From assembly GCA_964016885.1 (NCBI GenBank), contig OZ024741.1, positions 375,224,001 to 375,288,000 on the forward strand: a stretch of DNA of 64,000 nucleotides, in the 5' to 3' direction. This document shows, piece by piece, positions 41,668-54,720 of the stretch. Positions within the stretch are counted from its first letter, which is position 1. The number at the start of each line of letters is the position of its first letter. This DNA comes from Eledone cirrhosa (lineage: Eukaryota). The position numbers were made by a program, and so were the translations under genes. The notes beneath the pieces were generated by a model, which saw only the letters and a program-made list of their open reading frames with translations, had not been told where the DNA came from and ran no database searches.

Positions 41668-41930
41668 GCTAGTATGAAGAGCGACAATAAACCAAGTTAC
41701 TTCCCTTGATAAAACTTCCCAACTATTATCGATTCGTCTCCCTTACCAGTTCATTCGTCATCTATCGACACAAACAAACATGAGCAGGTAAGGGAGGCAA
41801 CTCTCCACCAACCAGTTATGGGCTAAAAAGCACCGATGTTGTCCAAGGGAAAGCAAAGGCCGATACAGCTTGGCACCAGTGACGTGGTAACTCATTTCTA
41901 CAGCTGAGTAAACTGGACCAACGCAAAATA

Positions 41931-42003
<73 letters not shown>

Positions 42004-42229
42004 AATAATAATAGAAGGACGATTTGTTAAGCCTTCATTACGTTTATTGATTGGTGACGCACGTTTCGCTACTGATCAGCTCAAGGTCCGGCGAGCTTTT
42101 GATTCCAGAATCGGGCCAGATCGATACAGATCGAACCTTGAGCTGATCAATAGCGAAACGCACGTCACCAATCAATAAACGTAAGTAAAAATGAAGGCTT
42201 AACAAATCGTTCTTATATTATATTATTAT

Positions 42230-42644
42230 CGGTGAATTGGCAGTATCGGTAGAGGGCCGGACGCCTTGCTTTGACGCATAGAGTTACGGCCCTTGCCATT
42301 CTGAGTTCAAATCCCGCCAAGGTTAAATTTGCCTTTCATCCTTACGGAGTCGATAAAATAAAGTACCAGTAATGTACTGAGTAATTGCTGGCCTTGTGTC
42401 AATAGTAGAAACAATTATATTATTATATTACACTCTGCGGTAGATTGGTAGTATCAGTAGAGGGTCGGACATGCTTTCCAGCATAGTTACGTCCCTTTAC
42501 GATCTGAGTTCAAATCCCGTAGAGGTTAACTTTGCCTTTCATCCTTACGTGGTCGATAAAATAAAGTACCAGTAATGTACTGGCCTTGTGCCAAATGTAC
42601 TGGCCTTGTGCCAAAAGTAGAAATAATTATTATATTACACTCTG
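42230..42644 (+). mobile_element. Two tandem family A SINEs upstream of SRP19
   Basis: Consensus matches at 42230-42418 and 42438-42627; TSD ttattatattacactctg. Confidence 0.85.
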
Positions 42645-42734
42645 TTTAGCTCTACACCTCGCCACTGACGTGAACCTAAACATCGAGTGCTCACCTGGGT
42701 GAACCTACAGTAACTTCGTGTTACACTCCCTGGG

Positions 42735-42832
<98 letters not shown>

Positions 42833-42918
42833 CAGAAGGGATATTCAATTTGTTGGTAATTCAACAAATATAAATGTTTATAACTGATTCAGAGTACTCT
42901 ACAGTTTTCTGGAGTAAA

Positions 42919-43251
42919 ATATTCAATAATATGAAATAAATGGAAACCATATTTATTCTATTATATATATTTCAAGGGTACCAACATTTTGGTACGCTAT
43001 CATCAGATAAAATACGAAGTGTGTTTTATAAATTTTGACATAACCAAGGAGAATATACCTTAACGGTTCAAGTTATCCCTTAACTTGAACCGTTAAGGTA
43101 TATTTTCCTTGGTTATGTCAAAATTTATAAAACACACTTCGTATTTTATCTGATGATAGCGTACCAAAATGTTGGTACCCTTGAAATATATATAATAGAA
43201 TAAATATGGTTTTATAAATATAGTTTCCATTTATTTCATATCATTGAATAT
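42919..43251. repeat. Near-perfect fold-back (arms ~130-160 bp, centre 43078) containing two opposed hammerhead motifs
   Basis: 42944-43075 is the reverse complement of 43081-43212 with one mismatch seen. Confidence 0.9.
43145..43199 (+). ncRNA. Minimal type I hammerhead ribozyme motif; inverted copy at 42957-43011 (-)
   Basis: tttat-CTGATGA-tagc gtacca aaatgt tggtac cctt-GAAA-tatata-TA-ataga; palindromic stem III. Confidence 0.72.
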
Positions 43252-43829
43252 ATATATATATATATATTCAATTTAAGCGTCCGTATAGAGCTAGTAAGCC
43301 GTGACAGAATAGGGGAAGTATCGTGTACTCCTTACAGTTGGTAATCAAAAAGAGCTAGTGAGACAAGTAATATATATATATATATATATATTTCGTTTCT
43401 GAATTTGTTTAGCAAGATTCTTTATCTGAAAACGTGTGTTGAAACCGATATTGTTATGCTTTGGGAGGGTCATGTTGCCAATAAGAAACACACGCACCAG
43501 TTGCTTTCACTTCAATTTATTATAAATTAAATTTATAAATTTCCGGTTGGTTGGTTGGTTCCACAACCAGACGATTGTTCATATATTGTCAAAGTTCTTT
43601 CGTCACACATTCTGTGACCTCTTCAGTGACTGGGGATTCTTTTCTTTGTTTTTGTGCCTCTCCTTTGTTCTGTCCTACGCCATCTTGTTTTTGTGTGTGT
43701 TGTGTGCTTAGTTTGCGCATGTGTTACATCAGGGTGTCTGTGTGTGTTTAGATTTGTTTATTTATTTGTTTATTTACATGTTACTGGTTGGTTGTTTGTT
43801 CTATGTGTGTGTGTGTTTTCATTTTGTCC

Positions 43830-46800
43830 TTAATTGTAAGTTGTGGTGTTGCTATTCCATTCATGTTTTCTATTTAATTTTGGTTGGAGTTCATTTATGT
43901 TTATTACCTCTGTGATTTGTCTAAACATTGCGTCTTTTCTGTGTGTAGATTCTATTTTTATTTCTATGTTCTCTAATTTACCCTTATGTTCTATTTTAGC
44001 ATGTTGGTGGAGTACAGATGATTCTTTACTAACTTGAAGCACTCGCCAGTGTTCATGTATCCGTTCTCCTATACTACGAGCTGTCTCACCTATGTACACT
44101 ATATTCTTATCTCTACATTGTCCTTCAGTACATCTTATGCTATATACTACATTTCTAGTTTTACAGTTAATATGGGGGCTTAGTTTACAGATTATACATT
44201 TTTTATCTATACAGGAAGGTCCTTGAAAAGGGTATGTATTGCTAATAAGTGTTTTTATGGAGGTACCTGATCTTTCTACTATCTTAATATTGAGTTTATG
44301 TTTATCTAGGGCTCTTCTAAATGTGTAAGCTAATTCACATGTAGGGGTTGTATTGATGAACATTACACTCTGGTATTTATTGCTATCATACCATGAGTTT
44401 ATTCTATTAACCTTATTCCTAGTTCTTTCTATTCTATTCCAAAATTTGGTCCTATATACGGGGCAGGTCCCATTTGTATCATTATTTCCCATTTTTTTCC
44501 CATTTGGTTCTGGCTCCTCTATATACTCTTATTTTATCTCTCTGATTGTAACCAGAGAACTGCATACGGTGGATGAAGTGTTGTATGTGTCTCTCTAGTT
44601 CTTTGGGGTTGCACATGCGGGACACGTTTCTCATCACCCGTACCAAATCCGCAATCAGTATGTTGATTTTGGTGTGGTCCGAAACAGCTGAGTTTTGGTG
44701 GATCAGATATTTGGAAGTCATGGGTTTGGCATAATGAGAATGGAGGATTCGTTTTTTGTTATTAATGGTTTCTAACCAGAGCTCTGTGTCTGGTACAGGT
44801 AATCGATGGTTGGGGTGTTTTCTTGGGTAGTCTATAGTAACTCTAATACTCTGGTGGATGGAGTTAGCTATTTGCTTGATGCTTTCCATGGTGTTTTTCT
44901 CTAATTCCTGACTGTTCTCTAGTGGGGGTGTTTTTACTACGATGTTTATATCATCACCGTAGCGGGAGTACATTATCAGGGTTAAGAGGTTGCTGTCTTC
45001 TAATTGTTCTTTAAGTTTAAGTTTAAGTCTATTGTCCCACCATACCATGAATAGGTTAGCTATGTCACCTGCAATGATAACACCAATGGTTGCTCCCTCC
45101 TCTTGGGCATATGTTTTTCCATTAAATTTGAACATATGTTCCTTAAGGGTTAATTTTATACTGGCCCCCACCGCATGTGCAATCATTTTCTTTAGTTCAT
45201 CGTGGTTTTGGGGGTCCGTGTGGCTCTGGTCCACCCGTTCCCTCTGTCTGTGTGGGTTTTCTTGGCCATTGAGGTAATGGTAGGTGGTCTGCCTCTTGCT
45301 GGTCTTGTAGGGCACAGGTTGCTAAGGTCATATGTATCTAGATAATTATTACTATAAGTAAGTTTAAGTAGGAGTCCCAGCTCACTGGTATCAATCCCAC
45401 GGAATTCAACATTGCTCTCACTGATCATTTCTACGCATTGCTCCACAGCAAAATCCACCTAAATGGATGGAGATAGGGACACAACATCCATACTTCCTAT
45501 TATACAGTTTGTTAGGTCCCTAGATTGGTTACTTTCGCTGATTCTGCTGAGGAGGTCCTCCGTGCTGTCATATATATCTGGGGACATTTCAATGATGGGG
45601 CGTATGATCAGGGAGAGGAAGTAGGAAAGTCTGTAGTTACTAGCAATGTTAGCTCCACAGACTGGCCGTGTTGGTGGTCCTGTGACAGAATCACTGCTCG
45701 TTTTATGGTCTTTTCGAAGCCCATACAACGCTGGCACATCATTGTTCCAGGCCTGGAAGTTGTTGGCAGTCCTTTTGTTCGGCTGCATTGTTTGTCCACA
45801 TCATCATATGGGCATTGAAGGATTACTCCCTATCTTCATGCTTTTGTGGTGTTACTTCTCTTGAGTTAGTGATGTGGGGTTGCATTGCCTGGATGTAGTT
45901 TGACAGACTGTCAACCGACATTCTGCCAGACTTGTCTGTTGGAAAGCATGCAATCTCTCCATTACGCGAGCGCTGCATGAGCTTACGCAAGCCATTTGCA
46001 GATTTTTCTCCCAGTTGCTGGGCCTCCATTCTATTTTGCTTCTTGCTATACTGTTCTATAATATTTCTAAGTTTAGATCTAGCTATACTAAATTGTGCTT
46101 CTGTTTGTTCATCGACCTGCGAGAGCAATTGCGTGCGTTTGTTAAAAGCTAAAGTCGTGGCGTGGACTCGTCGTAGGTCGAAGGACTTATTGGAAGGATT
46201 ATAAAAAGTAGAGTTCCAGGCTGCTGCTTTATGTGTACTATTGCTATTGTTATTGTTAGTTGTGTTGTTACTATTTCTATTTCCACCAACAGCCTCATGG
46301 TTGTTTCTATGTCTCTCATTATTACTCCTGTCTTTTTCCTCTGGCTCATTGTTATTATCTACTCTATTTTGTGTGTCTGTGTGGTCGTCCTGGTTATTTT
46401 CTCTGTCAGTATCGATAGTCTCCCTTCTCCTTTCAATCTCATTACCTTCCCTTACTTCTTTGTTACTGTCATTACCTGTTTTCTGTGTCTGTGTGTTTGT
46501 TAAGATTGTGGTGGTGGTGAGAGGCATAGAATGTGTGTTTGTTGTTGTTGCTGTTGTTGATGTGTACTGTTGTTGATGTGCTTTGTTGTTGTTGTCTCCG
46601 TGTATGTTATTATTGTTGTGTGTGTTGTTATTGTTGTTTGTGTCTGTGTGTGTTGTTGTTATCGTTGTTTGTATCTGTGTGTCTGTTGTTGTTGGGATGT
46701 GTGTTGTGTGTGTGTGCGTATGTTGTTATTATTGTTACTTTTGTTTTTGTTTTTGTTTTTGAGGCTCCAACGTAATTTTGTAAATGATTTTTCTATTTCT

Positions 46801-47410
46801 GACAAGCATTTTATCATATTTACCTTATTATATGTGGCATATTTAGGTGGTAGCTGTAATATCGATAATTCATCAGAGTCGACTGTAGTGTTGCCGTATA
46901 TATTTGTGTTGTTGTTGTTGAATTCATCTGTTAATGAGATGTCGGCCATGTTTATTCCGTCAATCTTGTCGGGATATCTATCGATATTCTCAAAAGTTTC
47001 TTGATCTAGTTTCATCTGTTTGAGCCACCTTAGTTTCTTGTTAAAGTGCTTGTCACATTCTTGAACAATGTACTTTTCTTCAAGACATATAAGGTTTATA
47101 AATATAAATTTTTCTCTTGGTGTGGTGATCTTAGTTAATTCTTGTATTAGGTTACGCTTATGTTTTTCTTGATGACTTAATTCTCTGTAAATCTTTTTTT
47201 ATGTTTAGAATTAGTGTTCGTTTTAGCCTATCTGCTTGCTTTTTGGTAAGTTGTAATCTTCTTACATCGGTGTTGATGGTGTTGGTGTAAACTCAGGACG
47301 AGGCACATTCTTTTATGAAGTGTAGTTGTCGAGATGTTATTGTTTTTCGTAGACAACAGAATATGGTAGTTTTCAATATCTTGTTAGCCTGGTTAAGACT
47401 TACGATATTT
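43830..47410 (-). pseudogene. PLE polyprotein remnant (RT + C-terminal GIY-YIG) with several frameshifts/stops
   Basis: FPTDKSGR, LYGLRKDHK..PTRPVCGA, GSMDVVSLSPSI, YAQEEGATIG, YSRYGDDI, RMQFSGY, NVVYSIRC...YIGETARSIGERIHEH...LNRKHEW. Confidence 0.9.
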
Positions 47411-48705
47411 CGTTTCTGAATTTGTTTAGCAAGATTCTTTATCTGAAAACGTGTGTTGAAACCGATATTGTTATGCTTTGGGAGAGTCCTGTTGCCAATA
47501 AGAAACACACGCACCAGTTGCTTTCACTTCAATTTATTATAAATTAAATTTATAAATTTCCGGTTGGTTGGTTGGTTCCACAACCAGACGATTGTTCATA
47601 TATTGTCAAAGTTCTTTCGTCACACATTCTGTGACCTCTTCAGTGACTGGGGATTCTTTCTTTGTTTTTGTGCCTCTCCTTTGTTCTGTCCTACGCCATC
47701 TTGTTTTTGTGTGTGTTGTGTGCTTAGTTTGCGCATGTGTTACATCAGGGTGTCTGTGTGTGTTTAGATTTGTTTATTTATTTGTTTATTTATTTGTTTA
47801 TTTACATGTTACTGGTTGGTTGTTTGTTCTATGTGTGTGTGTGTTTTCATTTTGTCCTTAATTGTAAGTTGTGGTGTTGCTATTCCATTCATGTTTTCTA
47901 TTTAATTTTGGTTGTGTAATGTGTAAGCTAATTCACCTCTAGGGGTTGTATTGATGAACATTACACTCTGGTATTTATTGCTATCATACCATGAGTTTAT
48001 TCTATTAACAAATTTAGAAGGGCCCTAGATAAACATAAACTCAATATTAAGATAGTAGAAAGATCAGGTACCTCCATAAAAACACTTATTAGCAATACAT
48101 ACCCTTTTCAAAGACCTCCCTGTATAGATAAGAAATGTATAATCTGTAAACTAAGCCCCCATATTAACTGTAAAACTAGAAATGTAGTATATAGCATAAG
48201 ATGTACTGAAGGACAATGTAGAGATAAGAATATAGTGTACATAGGTGAGACAGCTCGTAGTATAGGAGAACGGATACATGAACACTGGCGAGTGCTTCAA
48301 GTTAGTAAAGAATCATCTGTACTCCACCAACATGCTAAAATAGAACATAAGGGTAAATTAGAGAACATAGAAATAAAAATAGAATCTACACACAGAAAAG
48401 ACGCAATGTTTACACAAATCACAGAGGCAATAAACATAAATGAACTTCAACCAAAATTAAATAGAAAACATGAATGGAATAGCAACACCACAACTTACAA
48501 TTAAGGACAAAATGAAAACACACACACACATAGAACAAACAACCAACCAGTAACATGTAAATAAACAAATAAATAAACAAATCTAAACACACACAGACAC
48601 CCTGATGTAACACATGCGCAAACTAAGCACACAACACACACAAAAACAAGATGGCGTAGGACAGAACAAAGGAGAAGCACACAAAAACAAAGAAAAGAAT
48701 CCCCA

Positions 48706-48748
48706 GTCACTGAAGAGGTCACAGAATGTGTGACGAAAGAACTTTGAC
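48706..48748 (+). ncRNA. Hammerhead ribozyme motif in the PLE pLTR; copies at 43588-43630 (-), 47605-47647 (-) and diverged 49705-49747 (-)
   Basis: gtca-CTGAAGA-g gtcac agaatgt gtgac-GAAA-gaac-TT-tgac. Confidence 0.72.
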
Positions 48749-48896
48749 AATATATGAACAATCGTCTGGTTGTGGAACGAACCAATCAACCGGAAATTTA
48801 TAAATTCTTAAATTTATAAATTTAATTTATAATAAATTGAAGTGAAAGCAACTGGTGCGTGTGTTTCTTATTGGCAACATGACCCTCCCAAAGCAT

Positions 48897-48967
<71 letters not shown>

Positions 48968-48979
<12 letters not shown>

Positions 48980-49415
48980 CAGAAATCCGGACTGGAAATA
49001 TCCCTTATCTGAAAATCTTAATGCTGCAAAAAACACTATACGTATTTCAATGGCCTGGTTCCGGAACACCCTGATATTACCATCAGGTGTGGATTGCATA
49101 ATTAGTCACTCAATAAAAGGAATTACGGCAAATAGAAACAGAGAACAGAGAATATATTTGATTCGGAGATGGCCCGCGGCGAATTCGATGTTATTATTGC
49201 GCTAGACCATCTCCGAAAATTTAAAAGGATATTTACAGTCCGGCCTTGTTTTAATTACATAAATATTTAACTCCATTCCTGCACCAGCCACGGGATTCAA
49301 CATCAAGAATGGAGGAGTTGCATAACGTCGAGTGCCTTTTTTTACTATTATATCATAGTTAACAAAACGGAATGACCAGTTCTACCCATTGGTGAACCAC
49401 ACAACATAGATGATG
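48968..49415. mobile_element. Short PLE-tail-like element with internal inversion and degenerate HHR (relatives at 23920-24190 and 57690-57800)
   Basis: aattaaaacaa..ccggactg is present in both orientations. Minus-strand acac-CTGATGG...GAAA-tacgta-TA-gtgt at 49033-49090. Confidence 0.55.
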
Positions 49416-49428
49416 TACACACACACAT

Positions 49429-49547
<119 letters not shown>

Positions 49548-49554
49548 CTTTATT

Positions 49555-49750
49555 TTTGTATTTGTTTTGCAAGCTTTTTTTAATCTGAAAACGTGTGTTG
49601 AAACAGATATTGTTGCCAATAAAAACACACGCACCGGTTTTCAATTCAATTTATTACAAATCTCCAGCTGGTTGGTTTAATAACCAGATGGTTGTTTATT
49701 TATTGTCAAAGCTCTTTCGTCACACATTCTGTGCCATCCTCAGTGACTAA
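49555..49750 (-). mobile_element. Diverged solo pLTR fragment of the 43392-48902 PLE family
   Basis: tctgaaaacgtgtgttgaaac.gatattgtt...tctttcgtcacacattctgtg. Confidence 0.8.
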
Positions 49751-52480
49751 TTTGTTATTTTGCGCGACTCTTTTTTCTGTCCTTTGTTAAAGACATCGCG
49801 ACCGACGTGCTTGCGGCGAGATAGGCTCTCGACCAATTCTTCAACGCACAGCATAAAGGCTGCCTTATCAGAGCTAATGCGTGTACTCTCAGACACGAGG
49901 GGACGAAAGCCGTTCGATGGGCCCGAGTGGCGGAGGTGCATCGTGGCAACAAAGCTACGATCCGGTCTTTGGAGGACCACCACGGCTGCATGTTAGTCGA
50001 TCACGTGAAGATGTGTGTAGCCTTTCAGCTCAACTGCTTGAGAGCAGTGGCAGGCCGGATCACGGAATGAACTTTAGTCCCTCTCTCGGCGGACTGCCAC
50101 GGCTCTCGGCGACGGAGGAGTGCTACGAAAGACCGATAACTGCCGCTGGTGATACACGAGGCAATGACCAGCTGTGTGAGGGATAAATCACCTGGTTTGG
50201 ATGATCTGCCCTACGAGCTTTACGTAATCATGCCAGACTTGTTTGGTTACCCTTGGCAGACATCTACTGCAAATGGCAGTAGAACGGGAGAATTCCTAGT
50301 TCCGTGAGCCGAGGAGCGGTGGCGCTGCTGAGAAAGGACCCGAACAAGGGGTATAACGTAGATAATTTCAGGCCCATAACTCTGCTGAACGCAAAATTTT
50401 GGCCAAAGTATTAGCAACGAGGTTGGCGCTTGTATTTGGTGGTCTGTTGGGAGGGGCGCAGACGTGCGCCGTCCCCAAGAGATCCATCCATGGCAACCAC
50501 TACTTCATGCTATTCATCGTAGAGAGGGTAGCTAAGGAACCTGGCACTGGTGGGGCTCTGATCAATTTAGATCAATCGAAAGCATTCGATAGGATCCACC
50601 ATCAATACCTGGCAGCCGTCCTTAGGGCGGTCGGTTTTGGTCCTGTTTTCAGAGGGTGGGTCGCTGCCATGCACAGCGACATCTGCTCTGTGGTAAGAGT
50701 ACACAGTCACCTTTCGGAAGCGTTCAACATCTTGCGCTTGGTTCGCCAAGGATGTCCCCTCTCATCCCTGTTGTATGTATTGACTCTAGAGCCATTACTG
50801 CACAAACTGGAAACGTTGAGGGGGCATCCCGCGCGAACTGGGAAGCGGCAGAACTGCGTCAGCTTATGCCGACGACGTCAGCGTAGAGGTGTCGAGTGTG
50901 AAACACATCGAAGCAATCGGCCCTACTCTAAGAGAACATGAGGCGGTGACAGGAGCAATGATTAATCAGCAAAGGCTCGGCACCTGGAAAGGCAGGTCCC
51001 TGCTGTCCAACAGTGTCGTCGGGCGCTGGGTGGACGGACCGGTGAAATTGATTGGAGTCTTGATAGGTCCGGACCTCCAGACGGATAAAAACTGGAACGA
51101 GGTTACGAGCAGAGTGGTCTCTCTCACCTAGAAATTGACGGAGAGAAAACTATCTCTAAAAGGTCAGGCGGAGGTGGCGAACGCGTACATTGCGTCCGTC
51201 ATCTGCTAACGCCTGACCATCGTGCCTTGTCCAAAGCGTCGTCTAACTTGAGACTTTACTCTTTCGCTTTTTGTGGAAGGGACACGCTCCGATGGTCAGG
51301 CGGTCCATTCACTGTCAACACCCGCTGCATGGAAGACTGGGCATACCGGAGCTGATGATGTGCAATCATGCGCCGAGATTACGACATCTATAGATCTTCC
51401 TCGACGGTGACAGGTGTGGTCACCTTTCGCTAGGCACGTTTTTCCCAAGCTCGTCTCCTTGACGGAGCTGCAATCCTATGTCAAGTAGAGACCAAGATAG
51501 AGCTCTTGGAAACTGGAATGTCTCCAAGCACTCACTGCCATTTGCTAATCGGACGCTGGGATCAGTGGAAACTCCACCAAGACGTTCTGTAGAGGGTTAG
51601 TGGAGGGTAAGAACGACGACGTCCTTGGGGAAACTCTGGATGTCGACGAAAGTCAACTAGCTATTCTCTTCGCTCCAGTGCCAATGGATAACGTCCAGAA
51701 GTCTCTGACCTGGCAGTGTTATCGGGGAACGTTGCCAGTTCGAAATAAATGTTACAGGCATGGAAGTGCCTTCAGCTGGGCCTGTCCGAGATGCGCGTGG
51801 GGCGACGAGACCGTCCTGCATACATTCTTCCAGTGTCCGAGCTTTGCTGACTTGTAGGTTTATGTCAAACACCTGCTGTCGCGTGTAGGATGGATCCTGT
51901 TATCAGCTGAGTCCATCGTAAAGATTTCCCCGCCGCCCTCCTTTAACTAGGAAAGGTAGTTTTTATCTGCCTAGTGGTTATAGTTAAAGAGGTCGTATGG
52001 TGGACGCGTCTAAAAGGGTTGAAGACGGGTACTTTCCTCTTCGGTGACGCTCTCATTAACTTTTTCGGGTTTCACCTGAAAAGGAAAATCAGGTTGGAGA
52101 GGGATGTGTTGCTTTCCAGCCAGTTTGTTGAAAGGTGGGTGACAGAGAGGCAGGAATGGCCTGTGTGAATGGACCGGCTCTGAGCGTGTGCCTATAGTAT
52201 GGTGGGAGGAAAATTGGGAGAGTGTACTTGCCCTAGCAGTCAGAGTGCCTGTGGATTTTGTGGGGTTTCTCCACAAGTAACCCTCAGTGGTCCCCCACCC
52301 CACCCCCACTATTGAGGATTTTTCCTTTGTTTCAATTTTTTTTGTTAGATCTTTTGTTTTTGTTGCCTTGTATTTTTTTTACGCGCAGACATCCATATTT
52401 GTACCATCCTGTACCGCCCTGTGTTGTCCTTAATGTATTTTTTTTGTAAACCCTTTGTGGTTAATAAAGAAACCATTATT
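49750..52480 (+). mobile_element. Tx1/L1-clade LINE, 5'-truncated and degenerate
   Basis: KSPGLD, NFRPITLLN, LDQSKAFDRI, VRQGCPLS, AYADDV and C-terminal CPRC...H..FQCP knuckle; T-rich 3'UTR and AATAAA near 52463. Confidence 0.9.
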
Positions 52481-52659
52481 TGATATATGTATCGTAAGAG
52501 ATTTCAGAAGTTGAATATGTTTTTCCCATCCAGTTCATAGTCATATGGTACAATATAATGTCCGAAACTACAAGCAAAGCAGTATTTAAAAGTTGTATCA
52601 CAGTAAAGGTTCAAATTGATGATCGTGGACTTCGCAACACTTCTCGAACGTTTCTAACG

Positions 52660-52877
52660 TACGAGAGTCGGCTGAAAAGTTCTTAGGCTGACCAAGATAC
52701 TTTCATGGAATTGGTCATTCCATGTGAGTATCTTGGTCATGTTTATTTTTCAACATAGTCCTTGGAAAGAAACAACGCAATTATTAATAAAAAGAGTTGA
52801 AATTAATGCATACCAGATTTCAAAGCTCTAGCATGACTCCTTCATAGTCAGCCTATGAATTTTTCAGCCTAACTCGT
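52660..52877. mobile_element. Mariner-derived MITE
   Basis: TIRs acgagagtcggctgaaaagttcttaggctga / tcagcctatgaatttttcagcctaactcgt; internal hairpin tgaccaagatact..agtatcttggtca. Confidence 0.75.
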
Positions 52878-54504
52878 TTTGTCAAGCAAAATTAATTGCA
52901 TATACTAAAAAAAATAAAAAGCCCTCTATGGGTTCATATTTTTTAGACAATCCGTATATTTAATTATTAAACTTGCGCTTTTATCACTATAAATAAATAA
53001 TATTCATCTATTAAAAATTTCTGCTTCGTCAGAAAGTTTTACAGTTGTATTCACAATGTTTTTCTTTGTTTATTGTTTCAGCAAGAGATGTTTTTCTATG
53101 GAACACTATTTTCGACATAGTTACGAAAATAACTTAAACTAATTTAAGATTATAGAATATAATTTAATTCGTTCAACTTTTCTTTTACAATTTCCAAAGG
53201 ACTCTTGACTTCTTCAATTTTCCATGAAGTGAGGTCCTAAACATTTAACAATTCAATAGTTGTAGGTGTATTATTACCGGAACCTATATTATTCTTTTTA
53301 AACGTAAAAATATCATTTTGCTCCGATCTCCATCGAGACCTTAGGCGTCTTCGGACCCAGTACAGCCGAACTCCTCCGTAAAATCGGACCGACAGCAACC
53401 AGGTCTGAGGAAGGAGACCCATAGGGGGGGGGGGGCTGTTGCAGCGGGTGTAGCTGGCCATTGTCCACGGAAATACCTTTGCAATTTTGTCCGCGGGACG
53501 CAGCCGAAACGCCACTCCGACCTAGGTGTAGTCTGTCACCCTCTCCTCTCCCCCTTTCTTTCTTCCGTTGTCTAATAGGCCTTGCACGTTCCTCCTTTCA
53601 CTCTCATTTATGGCATTTATAGTCCTTTTCTTTATTTTCCTATACAGCCAGATCTGCCCTTCTTTACCCCTTCCCCCTTTTTTTCATTACTTAATTTTGT
53701 TTTTATCCTTTTTTAATATTTCGATCATTGTATAACTTTTGTTCAATAAATACAATGCTATTTAAATTTATCATACACTCTATTACGTTTTCTCATGACG
53801 TTAGTTTAACACTTTTCTTCAAATTATATTACAAAATATCACTTTGTACCAGTTCATGCATTTAGTTTTCATGTTAACTAAAACTATTTGAAGTGAATAA
53901 AAGAATTATTTGTGTTTAGTGGCTTTATCTGTATTTATGAAATACAATTATCTTCTTTGTAGAGTATTTCACTATTATGGATGTTTATACAAAATGGCGA
54001 ACAATAATGCCAAATTTGTTAAAAATACTTCGTTTTTCTAGGTTTTTTTTATTTATATAAAACACTTATCTTTGAAGAAAATCTTTGAAATAAAAGAGTA
54101 ACCATTCCATACCACGTTAAAAAATTAAAGAAAACAGGAAGTCTATAGTAGATGAACAAAAACCCCACCTATATTAACTATTTCAATATTGAGTTCTGCA
54201 GCAATTTTATTAAATATACAGCTGACTGTTATTTGATTGATGAAATTTTCATTTCAAATTATTATAACAGGAACATTTCTTTAATAAAATAATAACTGAG
54301 TAACTTCATGTTACCACCAAATTCTTGAGATGGTCTCTTTTATTGGTTTCATTTACAGTAGCATATGAAACAAGCTGTAATCGATGACTGAAACAAACTA
54401 CCAAATTATAACGTCTGGAAATTCTTGGATTAATTTAGAAGGAATTACAGATTTTCATCCAAGTATGGGGTCAATATAATTGACCCCATACTTGGATGAT
54501 AGGG

Positions 54505-54720
54505 TCGTGGTTTGGTAGAATCGGCAGAGAACCGGACAAATTGTTTTGTAGCATTTAGTTACGACTTGCTACAATCAGAGTTCAAATCGCGCCGGGGTTA
54601 ACTTTGCCTTTCATCCTTCCGAGGTCAATGAAATTATGTACCAGCTAAGTACTGGAATCAATATAATTGATTTTTCCCTTTTCCTCAAAACTGCTGGCCT
54701 TGTGCCAAAACTAGAAATGA
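54505..54720 (+). mobile_element. SINE family A
   Basis: Consensus A/B boxes and tail. Confidence 0.8.

Larger units (their letters stand above)
43392..48902 (-). mobile_element. Near-full-length Penelope-like element with two direct pLTRs and an inverted 5' extension; disrupted RT + GIY-YIG ORF
   Basis: pLTRs at 43392-43893 and 47405-47912; 48014-48902 is an inverted copy of 43447-44322; flanked by (TA)n. Confidence 0.92.
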
